Source of the DNA: Chthonomonas calidirosea
GTDB taxonomy: Bacteria; Armatimonadota; Fimbriimonadia; Fimbriimonadales; Fimbriimonadaceae
Length of the DNA stretch: 64,000 nucleotides
Direction: 5' to 3'
Assembly (NCBI GenBank): GCA_945859975.1
Contig: CAMAPH010000006.1
Location: forward strand, 1 to 64,000
Shown here: positions 50,350-58,644 of the stretch, piece by piece
How positions within the stretch are numbered: position 1 is the first letter of the stretch
How the letters are laid out: each line of letters begins with the position of its first letter
Notes under the pieces: model-generated
What the model was told of the DNA's origin: nothing
Seen by the model: only the letters and a program-made list of their open reading frames with translations
The model's database searches: none
Position numbers and translations under genes: made by a program

Positions 50350-50934
50350 TTACCCTTCCTTGGTTTGTTCCGCTGACTCTTCTGCGAACGGCACGTTCAT
50401 CAGAACGTATCGCGCCAGAACCACGCCAAGTTCGGTAGCCGAATCCGTTCGGCTCCACTTGACATTACTTATTGTGTACATTCTTTGCGAATTTTCAAAG
50501 TCTCGCAAAAAGGCACGGATATTAGCATAGCTTCCGCCAACGCTAAGTTCCGCATAAATCTTCTTGACGCCGGTTAAAGTCTTATCATCTTCCAGCGTGT
50601 AACGGTATCCGCGGCTGTCCAGAACCCCGGCTCCGAATGCCTGGGCGCGCGAACTCAACTTCAGCAAAGTCACGTTGTGAATCTTCGCAATCGAGTTCAG
50701 ATCCGAAACAAATCGTGTTTCTTCGGTCGGACCATCCATCGGCCCAATGCGTCGTTGATACTGCGTAATGTCCTTCGACTTGCTGTTTAGGGCAATCGCC
50801 TTCTTGACGTCTTCGTCTGCCTTAGCAAAGTTGAGCTGAGCACCAATCACCCGGCCAAACTGAATAATCAGGGCGACGGTAGCACCGATGATGCACAGGA
50901 CCGGAAGCAACCAACCTAAAATTCGTGAGCTCAT
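50350..50934 (-). CDS. PilO-like protein
   Basis: N-terminal TM; LSVGGSYANIRAFLRDFENSQRM motif. Confidence 0.75.
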   Translation of the reverse strand: MSSRILGWLLPVLCIIGATVALIIQFGRVIGAQLNFAKADEDVKKAIALNSKSKDITQYQRRIGPMDGPTEETRFVSDLNSIAKIHNVTLLKLSSRAQAFGAGVLDSRGYRYTLEDDKTLTGVKKIYAELSVGGSYANIRAFLRDFENSQRMYTISNVKWSRTDSATELGVVLARYVLMNVPFAEESAEQTKEG

Positions 50935-50935
50935 C

Positions 50936-52609
50936 TTATTGTCCTCCCGTCGGGGTCGGCTGAGGTGCCTTTGGATCTACTGTCGGATCAACCTCTGGAA
51001 CCACTGGAAGCGGCTTGCCTGCGTATTCAACCTCGGCAAGGTTGTATGTCCTGGCGCTGAGTTTGAACTCGATGAAGCTGGTGTTCTCTTCCTTCTTTCG
51101 CTCAATTCCGGCGATCGTCGGAGTCGTGAGTGCCTTACCTAGCTGCAGACGGCGCACCATGTCCACGATCAGGCTTTCCTCATTCGTATTGCCCTCGATC
51201 GTCACGTTTTGTTCCTGGCTGATATCGATGGCCTTAATCCCAACGCCGGTCGGGGTGCTGCGAGAAATCTCATCAATGACGGACACCGCGGGCAATCCGT
51301 CCTTGCGGAGCAAATCGGCCTGCTGCACGAGGCGACGAACGGTACGGTCTGCCAACTCGGCCTGTTTACGAATGTTCTCTGCTCGCGTCTTCGTATCCTC
51401 AGTTTGGCGCTGGAGTTCATTGACCTGGTAGCTCCCGAAGAGCCAGCCGCCAAGCCCCACCGCGAGGGCACCGATCGAAACAAGCACGCTTCCCAAAAGG
51501 TTGCGCTGGGTGTCCTTCTTTTGCTCAAGAGCAAAGTCTCGCTTATAGATCTCGACCCGCGGCGCGCCGTTCACGAGGTCGGCGCGGTCCATTAGGGCAA
51601 TGCCGTAAGCCGTGTTATACGCGAGCGCACCTTGAGGCACGCTTTCCACGGGAGAATTCGGTACGAAAGCCCGGACAACGGTTTCGTCCGGGTCGTAGTT
51701 ATTCGACTTGTCACCGAGCCAAGTCGAGAACGCGTCAGTCCAACGTAATTCAATATCAAGCCGAGTTGCAATCGGCTCTAAGAAAGTAGCCATCCGTTCC
51801 GTAACGCTTGTTACGAGCATGCGGCGTGGCAGGGCAGAAACATCAAATTCTCGCTCGAAGTAGTCTACAGAGCGACGGATATCCACCGCGAGTTCGTCAA
51901 TTCTCGCGTCGTTTAGGTCAAGGCGGCCATCCTCGGTTTCAGAAACCAGCAAGTTGGCGCCAACGTTGAGAGACCTATAGAACCATAGTTCGCCTTTGAC
52001 CAAAAGGGTCAAGTCCGCCGAGGTCTCGTGGAAGTTTAGAATGACAACCGATTCTTCGTGCGCCAGAAATGGGACGAGGGCTCGAAGTCGGGCAAACTGC
52101 GCAGGCTCAAGCGAAACCAGGTACAGGTTCTGAGATTCACATGCTTCCTGGAGGTGCAAAACCGTACTGCTGTGCGTCGCCGCAATCAGAACCGGGACCT
52201 CATCTACTGCCTGGCTGTTTGGAGAACGCAGCTTGAAGAATCCGTAGGTTCCCTGGTCTTCTACCAAGTGATAGTGCGCGACTTCCCCATCAACAATCGT
52301 CTTGAGGTCGGCACCGGCCACGGCCGGAACGGAGATTCGGTAGGTCGAAACGCGAGCATCCGGCACCGCAATACTTACGCGGGTGTTGTTGTCAACCTTG
52401 AGCCGCTCAGCAAGTTTCTTGAGTGCCTGACCGACGAGCCCGGGATTTTGGATGAAGCCGCCGCTAACAAGACCGGCCTCGATTTGAAGAATAGCGTGAG
52501 CCGTGACCTGGGATCGATTGCCGCTATGCCGGACGTTTACACCACGAATTTCTGTATCCGTGATTTCGATTCCTACGTAATTGCGATTACGTCCGCGGTT
52601 GAAGGCCAT
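50936..52609 (-). CDS. Fused PilM-PilN pilus assembly protein
   Basis: N-terminal actin-like PilM region (VGIEI, IRRSVDYF), then TM, coiled coil and PilN-like EISRSTPTGVGI..VTIEG. Confidence 0.78.
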   Translation of the reverse strand: MAFNRGRNRNYVGIEITDTEIRGVNVRHSGNRSQVTAHAILQIEAGLVSGGFIQNPGLVGQALKKLAERLKVDNNTRVSIAVPDARVSTYRISVPAVAGADLKTIVDGEVAHYHLVEDQGTYGFFKLRSPNSQAVDEVPVLIAATHSSTVLHLQEACESQNLYLVSLEPAQFARLRALVPFLAHEESVVILNFHETSADLTLLVKGELWFYRSLNVGANLLVSETEDGRLDLNDARIDELAVDIRRSVDYFEREFDVSALPRRMLVTSVTERMATFLEPIATRLDIELRWTDAFSTWLGDKSNNYDPDETVVRAFVPNSPVESVPQGALAYNTAYGIALMDRADLVNGAPRVEIYKRDFALEQKKDTQRNLLGSVLVSIGALAVGLGGWLFGSYQVNELQRQTEDTKTRAENIRKQAELADRTVRRLVQQADLLRKDGLPAVSVIDEISRSTPTGVGIKAIDISQEQNVTIEGNTNEESLIVDMVRRLQLGKALTTPTIAGIERKKEENTSFIEFKLSARTYNLAEVEYAGKPLPVVPEVDPTVDPKAPQPTPTGGQ

Positions 52610-52850
52610 ATTCTAGTTACGTCCGTGTTTCTGACCTGTCGGCCCGCCTCTCCGAAAACCATCCTTGGCTTCCGGTCGGTCAACTTGCCAAAGCAACGCT
52701 CACCAACCGAGGCAGACACGCATTGTCTACACAAAGGATATTGGCTGTCATCCGAACTTTCGGTAGGGCCGGACCGCGGATCGAAGTCAAATTATCAGAA
52801 CTTTCAGCTTGAACAATAAAACTTCGATGCATCTTGCTGGCATCAAACAC

Positions 52851-52882
52851 AAAAAGAGGCGGCGAGGCATCGCCTCGCCGCC
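52851..52882 (-). terminator. Intrinsic terminator after pilin P1
   Basis: GGCGGCGAGGC-atc-GCCTCGCCGCC with an A-run on the + side (U-tract on -). Confidence 0.85.
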
Positions 52883-52910
52883 GGATCGCGGAACATCTTC
52901 AGCCTAACAA

Positions 52911-53303
52911 TTACTGCTGAAGGGTGATGGTTGGAAGATCAGCTGCGGTGCAGTTGCTTCCGGCAGCTGGCTTGATCGTAGCCGAAGCTGCAGTCTGCGT
53001 GAAGGTGTAGTCCGTAGCAAGCGAAGCAGCGCCGGTGCAAGGGTTGACCGGGATGGTGCCACCGAGCTCGGTCGTGATCGCGGAGCCAGGAATGTCGGTC
53101 GCGCTGTACGACTTACCGTTGCTCTTCACGTAAAGAGCCTGAACTGCGGTTGCGATTGCCTTAGCATTTGCGTTGGCCGTCTTGTGTCGCGCATCCTTCA
53201 CCGAAGAAAGGTAGCTAGGAAGAGCGACGGCAACCAAGATGCCGAGGATGAGAACGACGACGAGAAGCTCGATGAGCGTAAAGGCTTTGTTAGACTTGTT
53301 CAT
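52911..53303 (-). CDS. Type IV pilin P1 (130 aa)
   Basis: KA|FTLIELLVVVLILGILVAVALPSY; two Cys in the C-terminal region. Confidence 0.93.
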   Translation of the reverse strand: MNKSNKAFTLIELLVVVLILGILVAVALPSYLSSVKDARHKTANANAKAIATAVQALYVKSNGKSYSATDIPGSAITTELGGTIPVNPCTGAASLATDYTFTQTAASATIKPAAGSNCTAADLPTITLQQ

Positions 53304-53442
53304 TTTATGTTCCTAAACCAGCGGACTTAGTTGGAAAGATTTCCCTTTCGAGCCCCTGCTTTCGTTTACTAGTGTTTATCAGAATCTTTTTATTCGCAAG
53401 GACACCTTCCGGGTACTCAGTTTGTGTGACGGCCGGTCTGAC

Positions 53443-53480
53443 AAAGAAAAGCGCCCGTCCAGACGTATCTGGACGGGCGC
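53443..53480 (-). terminator. Intrinsic terminator after pilin P2
   Basis: GCGCCCGTCCAGA-cgta-TCTGGACGGGCGC plus A-run. Confidence 0.88.
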
Positions 53481-53499
53481 GATTGACGGGACAATGCTC

Positions 53500-53892
53500 T
53501 TACTGAGCGAGGGTGATGACCGGCAAATCCGCTGCAGTGCAGTTGCTGCCCGCGGCTGGCTGGATCGTGGCCTGCGAAGCCGTCTGGGTCAGCGAGTAGT
53601 CAGTGGCGAGCGATGCGCCGCCGGTGCAAGGGTTGACCGGAATGTTTCCGCCGAGTTCAGCCGTGATGCTTGCGGATGGAATATCCGTCGCGCTGTAAGA
53701 CTTTCCGTTTGACTTCGTGTAGAGCGCCTGGACGGCGGTTGCGATGGCCTTTGCGTTTGCGTTGGCGGTCTTGTGTCGGGCGTCCTTCACCGAGGAAAGG
53801 TAGCTCGGAAGAGCGACGGCAACCAAGATGCCGAGGATGAGAACGACGACGAGAAGTTCGATGAGCGTGAAAGCTCTGTTTGTCTTGTTCAT
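53500..53892 (-). CDS. Type IV pilin P2 (130 aa)
   Basis: RA|FTLIELL; paralog of P1. Confidence 0.93.
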   Translation of the reverse strand: MNKTNRAFTLIELLVVVLILGILVAVALPSYLSSVKDARHKTANANAKAIATAVQALYTKSNGKSYSATDIPSASITAELGGNIPVNPCTGGASLATDYSLTQTASQATIQPAAGSNCTAADLPVITLAQ

Positions 53893-54041
53893 TTTATGAC
53901 CCGAATTTTCGGCCCAGGAGTGGAAGAAATCCCTTACTGAAGACCGGACTACGAGATCTATTTTTTATCAGAATCTCGATACGCGCAATGACACCTTTTG
54001 GGTAATCGAATCGTGTCACAACACTTCCGGGGGACAAACGC

Positions 54042-54075
54042 AAAACGGCCCGGATGGCGATTGCCATCCGGGCCG
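54042..54075 (-). terminator. Intrinsic terminator after pilin P3
   Basis: CGGCCCGGATGGC-gatt-GCCATCCGGGCCG plus A-run. Confidence 0.85.
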
Positions 54076-54089
54076 AAGCTCAACAAATC

Positions 54090-54482
54090 TTACTGCTGAA
54101 GGGTGATCGTTGGGAGGTCAGCTGCGGTGCAGTTGCTTCCGGCAGCAGGCTTGATCGTCGCCGAAGATGCGCTCTGCGTCAGAGTGTAGTCCGTCGCAAG
54201 CGCAGCAGCGCCGGTGCAAGGGTTGACTGGGATCGTTCCGCCGAGTTCGGTCGTGATCGCCGAAGTCGGAATGTCGGTCGCGCTGTACGACTTACCGTTG
54301 CTCTTCACGTAAAGAGCCTGAACTGCGGTTGCGATTGCCTTAGCGTTTGCGTTGGCGGTCTTGTGTCGAGCATCCTTCACCGAGGAAAGGTAGCTAGGAA
54401 GAGCGACGGCAACCAAGATGCCGAGGATGAGAACGACGACGAGAAGTTCGATGAGCGTAAAAGCTTTATTAGACTTGTTCAT
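54090..54482 (-). CDS. Type IV pilin P3 (130 aa)
   Basis: MNKSNKA|FTLIE; start set by alignment to paralogs. Confidence 0.93.
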   Translation of the reverse strand: MNKSNKAFTLIELLVVVLILGILVAVALPSYLSSVKDARHKTANANAKAIATAVQALYVKSNGKSYSATDIPTSAITTELGGTIPVNPCTGAAALATDYTLTQSASSATIKPAAGSNCTAADLPTITLQQ

Positions 54483-54621
54483 GGCTGATTCCAGTTGCTC
54501 CCTCAGCCGCTTATATCGCACTGAAGAACACTAACGTTATTGGTCATTTTCATAGTAATTCCATACCTAAAACTAAATGCCAGTAATACTGCGGGTGAAT
54601 TGCAATGATCTGAACAAACAG

Positions 54622-54653
54622 AAAAAGGCCACCCCAGATTGCCTGGGGTGGCC
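54622..54653 (-). terminator. Intrinsic terminator after pilin P4
   Basis: GGCCACCCCAG-attgc-CTGGGGTGGCC plus A-run. Confidence 0.85.
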
Positions 54654-54680
54654 GAAGTACGAGCCTTGAGAATAGAGCTC

Positions 54681-55073
54681 TTACTGAGTTAAAGTGATGG
54701 TTGGAAGGTCACCCGCGGTGCAGTTGGTGCCAGCGGCCGGCTTGACCGAAGCGGAGCTTGCGGACTGCGTCAAAGTGTAGTCGGTGGTAAGCGAAGCCGC
54801 TCCCGTACAAGGGTTGTTCGGAATCGTTCCACCAAGTTCGGTGGTGATGTCGGTTGCCGAAATGTCGGTCGAGCTGTACGACTTTCCGTTGCTCTTCACG
54901 TAGAGAGCCTGAACTGCGGTTGCGATCGCCTTGGCGTTTGCATTGGCGGTCTTGTGTCGAGCATCCTTCACCGAAGAAAGGTAGCTAGGAAGAGCGACAG
55001 CAACCAAGATGCCGAGGATGAGAACGACGACGAGCAGCTCGATGAGCGTAAAGGCTTTATTTGACTTATTCAT
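54681..55073 (-). CDS. Type IV pilin P4 (130 aa)
   Basis: MNKSNKA|FTLIE. Confidence 0.93.
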   Translation of the reverse strand: MNKSNKAFTLIELLVVVLILGILVAVALPSYLSSVKDARHKTANANAKAIATAVQALYVKSNGKSYSSTDISATDITTELGGTIPNNPCTGAASLTTDYTLTQSASSASVKPAAGTNCTAGDLPTITLTQ

Positions 55074-55209
55074 GACCGAATTCCTGTTACTACACCAACC
55101 GCTTGCGTTGTACTGAAGAACACTCTAGTTGTTGGCGGAATTCCTATGTTCTCTAGTGCTGTCTCAGGATAGCGGACAAATGATCTGACGGTCCAGATGC
55201 ACAAAACGC

Positions 55210-55242
55210 AAAAAAGGCCATCCCAGTCTTCCTGGGATGGCC
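55210..55242 (-). terminator. Intrinsic terminator after pilin P5
   Basis: GGCCATCCCAG-tcttc-CTGGGATGGCC plus A-run. Confidence 0.85.
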
Positions 55243-55268
55243 CGAAGCCAACGAGCGAAGCCGTTATC

Positions 55269-55661
55269 CTACTGGGAAAGAGTGATGGCTGGTAGGTCAG
55301 CTAAGGTGCAGTTGCTACCAGCAGCAGGCTGAATAACTGCCGAAGAAGCGGTCTGCACTAGGCCGTAGTCCGTTCCAAGCGCAGCAGCGCCGGTGCAAGG
55401 GTTGACTGGGATCGTGCCACCGAGTTCGGTCGTGATTGCCGAAGTCGGAATGTCGGTCGAGCTGTAAGACTTACCGTTGCTCTTAACATAGAGAGCCTGA
55501 ACTGCGGTTGCGATTGCCTTAGCATTTGCGTTGGCCGTCTTGTGTCGCGCATCCTTCACCGAAGAAAGGTAGCTAGGAAGAGCTACGGCAACGAGGATTC
55601 CGAGGATGAGAACGACGACGAGAAGCTCGATGAGCGTAAAAGCTTTGTTGGACTTATTCAT
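55269..55661 (-). CDS. Type IV pilin P5 (130 aa)
   Basis: MNKSNKA|FTLIE; start set by alignment to paralogs. Confidence 0.93.
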   Translation of the reverse strand: MNKSNKAFTLIELLVVVLILGILVAVALPSYLSSVKDARHKTANANAKAIATAVQALYVKSNGKSYSSTDIPTSAITTELGGTIPVNPCTGAAALGTDYGLVQTASSAVIQPAAGSNCTLADLPAITLSQ

Positions 55662-55828
55662 GACTGATTTCTCGTTGGCCACTGGATTTTAGAGTTCCAA
55701 TGAAGAACGATGATGTTATTGGCACCAGCGATGATTTACTTCAGCCCTTTCGTCCGCGGAACTCAAACTTTTGGTCCGAAGTAACGAAGTGGTGTTGAAA
55801 GCCAAAAGGTGTACAAGCCTTGAGACGC

Positions 55829-55864
55829 AAAAACTCCCCTTCCCGAAGTCGGGAAGGGGAGTTT
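55829..55864 (-). terminator. Intrinsic terminator after pilin P6
   Basis: AAACTCCCCTTCCCGA-ag-TCGGGAAGGGGAGTTT. Confidence 0.88.
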
Positions 55865-55891
55865 GAACTTGCCAATCCGAGCGAAACCGTC

Positions 55892-56284
55892 TTACTGCGA
55901 AAGAGTGATCAGCTTGAGCTCAGAGGTGTCGCAGTTCGATCCAGCCGCTGGCTGAACCGTTGCGCTCGCTGCGGACTGCGTGAGGCCGTAGTCCGTTCCG
56001 AGAACGGCTGCACCGGTGCAAGGGTTGACCGGAATGGTGCCACCGAGTTCGGTGGTGATCGCCGAAGTCGGAATGTCGGTCGCGCTGTAAGACTTACCGT
56101 TGCTCTTCACGTAAAGAGCCTGAACTGCGGTAGCAATCGCCTTGGCGTTTGCGTTTGCGGTCTTGTGTCGCGAGTCCTTAACCGAAGAGAGGTAGCTTGG
56201 AAGTGCAACCGCAACCAAGATGCCGAGGATGAGAACGACGACGAGAAGCTCGATGAGCGTAAATGCCTTGTTGGACTTGTTCAT
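55892..56284 (-). CDS. Type IV pilin P6 (130 aa)
   Basis: MNKSNKA|FTLIE. Confidence 0.93.
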   Translation of the reverse strand: MNKSNKAFTLIELLVVVLILGILVAVALPSYLSSVKDSRHKTANANAKAIATAVQALYVKSNGKSYSATDIPTSAITTELGGTIPVNPCTGAAVLGTDYGLTQSAASATVQPAAGSNCDTSELKLITLSQ

Positions 56285-56448
56285 GATCTATTTCCTGTTG
56301 CTCCCTCAACCCTTCGTGTTGCAAAGAAGAACACTTTATTAGTTGGAAACCGGCACAAAAAATCCAAGGATTTCTTCGAAAATGCCAGTATTTTTACTGT
56401 CCCGTTCAACACTTAGAAATTCCAGCGCCAAAGGCGAAACAGGTGTAC

Positions 56449-56844
56449 TTATTTCGAAAGGGTGATCGCCGGCAGTGACGAAGCGTCGCAGGTGGAACCT
56501 GCCGCGGGTCGAAGGGTCGCGGTCGTTGCCGTAAGCGTCAAAGCATAATCGGTGCTCAACGAAGATCCACCGGTGCATGGATTGCGTGGAATGGACCCAC
56601 CGAGTTCGAACGTGATGTTGACATCACTGATGGCAGCCGCATTGTAGGCCGTTCCTCCGGTCTTCACGAACAATGCCTGAATCGCGGTCGCGACGGCGCG
56701 AGCATTCGCATTTGCGGTCTTGTGGCGAGAGTCCTTCACCGAGGAAAGATACGAAGGCAACGCGACGGCAACCAAGATGCCAAGAATGAGCACCACAACC
56801 AGCAGCTCAATCAGGGTAAACGCGCGCTCAAACTTCCTCACCAT
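56449..56844 (-). CDS. Type IV pilin P7 (more divergent paralog)
   Basis: MVRKFERA|FTLIELL; same Cys spacing, ELGG.IP.NPCTG. Confidence 0.9.
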   Translation of the reverse strand: MVRKFERAFTLIELLVVVLILGILVAVALPSYLSSVKDSRHKTANANARAVATAIQALFVKTGGTAYNAAAISDVNITFELGGSIPRNPCTGGSSLSTDYALTLTATTATLRPAAGSTCDASSLPAITLSK

Positions 56845-56901
56845 GACCCTAGTTTCCCTCAGATCAGGAAAACAAGGGTGTCCCATTTTCTTGGCGAACT
56901 T

Positions 56902-57303
56902 TTATTGCGTGAGGGTGATCGTGCGCATTCCCGCGGAGTCGCAAAGCGTTCCGGCCAGCGGAGACATCGTGGCGGTGCTTGGAGTGAGCATCAGCTGATA
57001 ATCCACCGACAACGAACGTCCCGTGGTGCAAGGATTGATTGGAACCTGCCCGCCAAGCTCAACCAAGATCGCGGCTTCCGTAATGGAGGAGTGGTTGTAC
57101 GCCAATCCGCCCGTACGAACATAGAGCGCTTGCACGGTGATTGCGATCGTCTGCGCGTTTGAATTTGCCGTTTTCTGTCGAGTGTCGCGGACCGAGGAAA
57201 GGTAGGAAGGCAGCGCGAACGCGAAAAGGATGCCGATGATGAGGACCACCATCAGCACCTCAATCAGAGTAAAAGCCTTCGAACGTTTTTTAAAGCAATT
57301 CAT
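56902..57303 (-). CDS. Type IV pilin P8 (most divergent paralog)
   Basis: MNCFKKRSKA|FTLIEVLM; ELGGQVPINPCT. Confidence 0.9.
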   Translation of the reverse strand: MNCFKKRSKAFTLIEVLMVVLIIGILFAFALPSYLSSVRDTRQKTANSNAQTIAITVQALYVRTGGLAYNHSSITEAAILVELGGQVPINPCTTGRSLSVDYQLMLTPSTATMSPLAGTLCDSAGMRTITLTQ

Positions 57304-57360
57304 ACCAATCTCGGTCCAAATGTAAGGCAAAGACGCTTACCGCGCAATTGGAATATTGGT

Positions 57361-57390
57361 CAAAAGGCGAAGTTTCCTCCGCCTTTTTTG
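57361..57390. terminator. Probable terminator between pilC and the pilin array
   Basis: AAAAGGCG-N10-CGCCTTTT hairpin with A/T tails on both sides. Confidence 0.6.
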
Positions 57391-57409
57391 GATTCTTGCC
57401 AGATGGCCG

Positions 57410-58639
57410 TTACTTGCCTGATTTCTCGAACGCCTTACCAAGGCTAAAGATCGGCATGTACAGCGCGAGCAGAACGAACAAGACGATCGCTCCAACCACG
57501 CCGGTCATGATCGGTTCGATCATCTTCGTCATCTTCTCGACCGCGTACTCAACGTCGCGCTCGTAGAACTTGTTCACTTCGTCGAGCATGGCGTCAAGAT
57601 CGCCGCTGGCTTCGCCAGCAGCAACCATCTTGGTGACCATCGGAGGAAACTCGTTGGTCTTCTCCAGCTCAGGCCCGAGGGCCGCGCCGTCTCGAACCGC
57701 GCTGGCCGCCGTCATAACCGCGTCCTTAATCACTGAGTTGGCGGAAGCGCCTGCAGAAACCGCCAGTGCGCGAAGAACCGGAACACCGGCTCGGGTCGAA
57801 CCGGCAAGGGTCTGCACGAACCGCGCAATCGCTACCTTTCGCATGATCGGACCCACCAAAGGCAATTTAAGCGAAATCTCATCCAGGCGTCGCTTTCCGT
57901 TTGGCGTTTCCGCGTAGCGCTTGTAACCGTAAAACGCCAGCCCCATCAGAATCAAGCCGATATACCAATACTTGATCACCGCATTCGAGATGTTGATCAG
58001 CGTTTGAGTAACCGTCGGCAACTCGGCTCGAAGGTCCTTATAAACCTGAGCAAAGGTCGGAACAACCACGAGGAGCATGATCGCAACCGTAATACAAGCG
58101 GCGGCGACAACGATCTTTGGATAGACCATTGCTCCGTTCACTTTTCGCTTCAGCTCTTCCATCCGGTCAAGCTGGTCCGCGGCGATGTCGAGACAGAAGT
58201 CGAGGTTTCCGGCCGCTTCACCGGCTTCAAGCATCGAAACGAGCAGTTCCGGGAACACCTTTGGATACCGTCGGAATTGGTTGGAAAGGCTGTCACCCGA
58301 AACAATGCCGGCCTGGATCTCCGAAAGGATCTCCTTCATCACCGCGTTCTGGGTCTGCTCGTAAAGAATTTCGATGCCCTGCGTAAGCGGCATACCGCAA
58401 CGCACAAGCGTGGCGAGCTGCCGGGCAATAACCACAACCTCAGACGACTTCGGCATCTTCGGCCCCATAAGTCCGCCGCCTTGTCCGGTTTCCGGCTTAC
58501 TATCGCGTTGCTCAAACTGGGTCAGATACAGGCCGTTCTGACGCAACAACGACCGCAACTCATCTGGGTTGTTCGCTTGGAGCAACCCTTTAACAACCGC
58601 GCCTGCACGGTCCCGACATTCATATTCATAAACGGTCAT
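57410..58639 (-). CDS. pilC: Type IV pilus platform protein (PilC/GspF family)
   Basis: RQLATL, AGEAAGNLD, AMVYP, FPPMVTKMVAAGEASGDLD, IEP, LYMPIF. Confidence 0.93.
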   Translation of the reverse strand: MTVYEYECRDRAGAVVKGLLQANNPDELRSLLRQNGLYLTQFEQRDSKPETGQGGGLMGPKMPKSSEVVVIARQLATLVRCGMPLTQGIEILYEQTQNAVMKEILSEIQAGIVSGDSLSNQFRRYPKVFPELLVSMLEAGEAAGNLDFCLDIAADQLDRMEELKRKVNGAMVYPKIVVAAACITVAIMLLVVVPTFAQVYKDLRAELPTVTQTLINISNAVIKYWYIGLILMGLAFYGYKRYAETPNGKRRLDEISLKLPLVGPIMRKVAIARFVQTLAGSTRAGVPVLRALAVSAGASANSVIKDAVMTAASAVRDGAALGPELEKTNEFPPMVTKMVAAGEASGDLDAMLDEVNKFYERDVEYAVEKMTKMIEPIMTGVVGAIVLFVLLALYMPIFSLGKAFEKSGK

Positions 58640-58644
58640 TTGTC

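Noticed and set aside
52610..52850. c-di-GMP riboswitch or sigma-54 promoter upstream of pilMN
   Set aside because: I could not find the GEMM consensus or a correctly spaced TGGCAC-N5-TTGC; an Rfam scan would settle it.
52851..56450. Pilin repeats as a CRISPR array, integron cassette array or shufflon
   Set aside because: The repeats are protein-coding. The hairpins differ in sequence and have U-tracts (terminators, not attC sites). All copies share one orientation, and no cas, integrase or invertase gene is present.
52911..57303. Diversity-generating retroelement acting on the pilins
   Set aside because: No reverse transcriptase is present, and the differences are not adenine-specific and include many synonymous changes.
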